Shown: positions 62,795-64,000 of the stretch, piece after piece | Layout of the letters: every line of letters begins with the position of its first letter | Numbering within the stretch: position 1 is the first letter of the stretch | The notes under the pieces: model-generated | Seen by the model: only the letters and a program-made list of their open reading frames with translations | Databases searched by the model: none | Told to the model about the DNA's origin: nothing | Position numbers and translations under genes: made by a program | Origin: Vicinamibacterales bacterium | GTDB lineage: Bacteria; Acidobacteriota; Vicinamibacteria; Vicinamibacterales; UBA8438 | Assembly: GCA_965247955.1 (NCBI GenBank) | Contig: OZ252042.1 | Location: 1,968,323 to 2,032,322, forward strand | Direction of reading: 5' to 3' | DNA length: 64,000 bases

Positions 62795-63055
62795 TTAGCC
62801 GGGACTAATGAGTGCGAGACGAAAGTCTTGGCCATCTTGCGAGATCGCCGCGTCTAGCATTTCGGGGTAGTTCTTGATAGTCTCAATGGCGAGCATTTCC
62901 TGCAGTGCGCGATCCGCATCGTCGCCGGGCGTGCTCTCCTCGACGTCTGCCGAAGGCGCGGGTTCCTCCTCGGGTGCCTCGGTGCATCCGATCCCAACCA
63001 CAACACAGAGCGCCGCAATTACGATGACCTCTTGTCGGCCGCAATTCCTGTTCAC
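62795..63055 (-). CDS. small lipoprotein, unknown function
   Basis: VNRNCGRQEVIVIAALCVVVGIGC signal/lipobox. The GTG start overlaps the repressor stop (GTGA). Confidence 0.45.
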   Translation of the reverse strand: MNRNCGRQEVIVIAALCVVVGIGCTEAPEEEPAPSADVEESTPGDDADRALQEMLAIETIKNYPEMLDAAISQDGQDFRLALISPG

Positions 63056-63759
63056 AATGTCCTCCCCGTCCACATCACCTGCCCGATCACCTGACCGTCG
63101 CGGGGCCACGGCACCGGCTTGTACGCCTTGTTGTCGCTCACTAATTGCCAGCCGTCCTCGGTGCGCTGAAGCCGCTTGACCACCGGGCCGTTTTCGGTGC
63201 GCACCGCGAAGATCTTGTCCCGCCGCCGCACGGTGCGCTGGAAATCCACGAGGATCATCGCGCGGTGCTGCAGCGTCGGCTCCATCGAATCGCCCGTGAC
63301 TTCGATGACGCGGCAGCGTTTCGGATTCAGGCTGTGCCGTCGTAGCCAGTCGTCCCGGAAGGCGAGGCTACCCAACACGCGCTCGTCGTCGGGGTTGGCT
63401 CCCGGGCCAGCGGCGATCCCCATCCCCGTGGTGAGCAGCACGGGCCTGAACTCGCGGCTGTCGGCAGGCGCCAGCGCCCCGGCGTCGTCCAGCTCGCGCA
63501 CCACGTTGGCCCGCTCCTGGGCGAGTTCGGCGGCAAGTGTGGCGGCGGGCTCGGGGTTGTCCGTGAGGCCCGCCAGGTAGTCGAGCGAAATATTGAGTTC
63601 ACGAGCGGCCTTCGTCGCGCCGTCGAACAGCAAAGACGAACGGCCGTTCTCAACGTGCGAGATCATCTGCTGGTTGTAGCGATCACCAAGCGCTACAGCT
63701 AGCTCAACCTGCTTCAGTCCCACGCGCCTTCTCGCCTCGGCCAAGCGCTCTCCGAGCAT
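63052..63759 (-). CDS. CI/LexA-type repressor: XRE HTH plus S24 peptidase domain, intact
   Basis: 235 aa. HTH segment LKQVELAVALGDRYNQQMISHVENGRS. S24 domain with GDSMEPTL (Ser) and VVKRL (Lys). Confidence 0.85.
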   Translation of the reverse strand: MLGERLAEARRRVGLKQVELAVALGDRYNQQMISHVENGRSSLLFDGATKAARELNISLDYLAGLTDNPEPAATLAAELAQERANVVRELDDAGALAPADSREFRPVLLTTGMGIAAGPGANPDDERVLGSLAFRDDWLRRHSLNPKRCRVIEVTGDSMEPTLQHRAMILVDFQRTVRRRDKIFAVRTENGPVVKRLQRTEDGWQLVSDNKAYKPVPWPRDGQVIGQVMWTGRTL

Positions 63760-63770
63760 CGGCTGACTCT

Positions 63771-63816
63771 ACCAACGGAGTTGGTGTTGACATACTAACT
63801 GAATGAGTGTTATCTT
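63771..63816. promoter_or_regulatory. switch region: palindrome plus candidate rightward promoter
   Basis: ACCAAC-GGA-GTTGGT (63771-63785). TTGACA (63787-63792), 17-18 nt spacer, TTATCT/TATCTT. CTGAAT...ATTCAG inverted pair. Confidence 0.35.
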
Positions 63817-63842
63817 TCAAAACTAATTCAGATGGTGTCCAA

Positions 63843-64000
63843 ATGAGCGAAGACATTAGGCGTCGGATGGCCCTGTTGAGTGTGAGCCAAGAGCGGATCG
63901 CACTGGCCGCCGGCTACGAACCCTCGCTATTCAGCCGCATCCTCAATGGCCTGCGGCGCGAGCCTGCCGACTTCGAGCGGCGCGTCACGGCCGTGCTGGA
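63843..64000 (+). CDS. Cro-like HTH protein (partial, runs off the window)
   Basis: MSEDIRRRMALLSVSQERIALAAGYEPSLFSRILNG. Divergent from the repressor. Confidence 0.5.
   Translation, partial: MSEDIRRRMALLSVSQERIALAAGYEPSLFSRILNGLRREPADFERRVTAVL

Overview
High-GC mosaic of mobile DNA from a diderm bacterium; a plasmid-like block and a temperate-phage genome appear joined. (1) About 4.05-25.8 kb is plasmid-like. It holds three ParA/RHH partition modules, four RepA_C-type RepA paralogues (only one looks intact) and three homologous ori-like repeat regions. It also holds BrnTA, HigBA and HicAB toxin-antitoxin (TA) pairs, a cytochrome P460 gene, a CbiX::TonB-dependent-receptor fusion, an IS6 element that truncates a GT2 gene, and several gene remnants. 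This block is bracketed by two identical direct copies of a 3.15-kb IS1-family element. The element carries a passenger operon (HigB-like toxin, XRE-ImmA/IrrE peptidase fusion, unknown 150-aa protein). A 7-bp AAGGAAT duplication sits at the inner junctions only, inside an iteron array, which is a cointegrate signature. (2) 28.9-30.5 kb holds HicAB and a low-GC retropepsin/SEC-C two-gene module. (3) 30.9-53.9 kb is a complete siphovirus-type packaging, head, tail and lysis module. It includes a TA moron, a canonical A_AAA_AAT -1 frameshift site in the tail chaperone, a 1416-aa tape measure and a triple 71-nt hairpin repeat between the scaffold and capsid genes. (4) 54.1-57.7 kb holds IS256, dinB, and the 3' half of tRNA-Leu(GAG) next to an intact tyrosine integrase, an attP-like topology. 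(5) 57.9-64.0 kb lies between the integrase and an intact CI-like HTH-S24 repressor with a Cro-like switch. It contains six 5'-truncated copies of the repressor 3' end, most followed by a different envelope-protein gene. I consider this the most novel structure in the window. Several genes show single-nucleotide frame breaks, so either assembly indels or real decay must be considered. All calls rest on motif recognition by eye; no searches were run. Non-ORF coordinates may be off by 1-2 nt.
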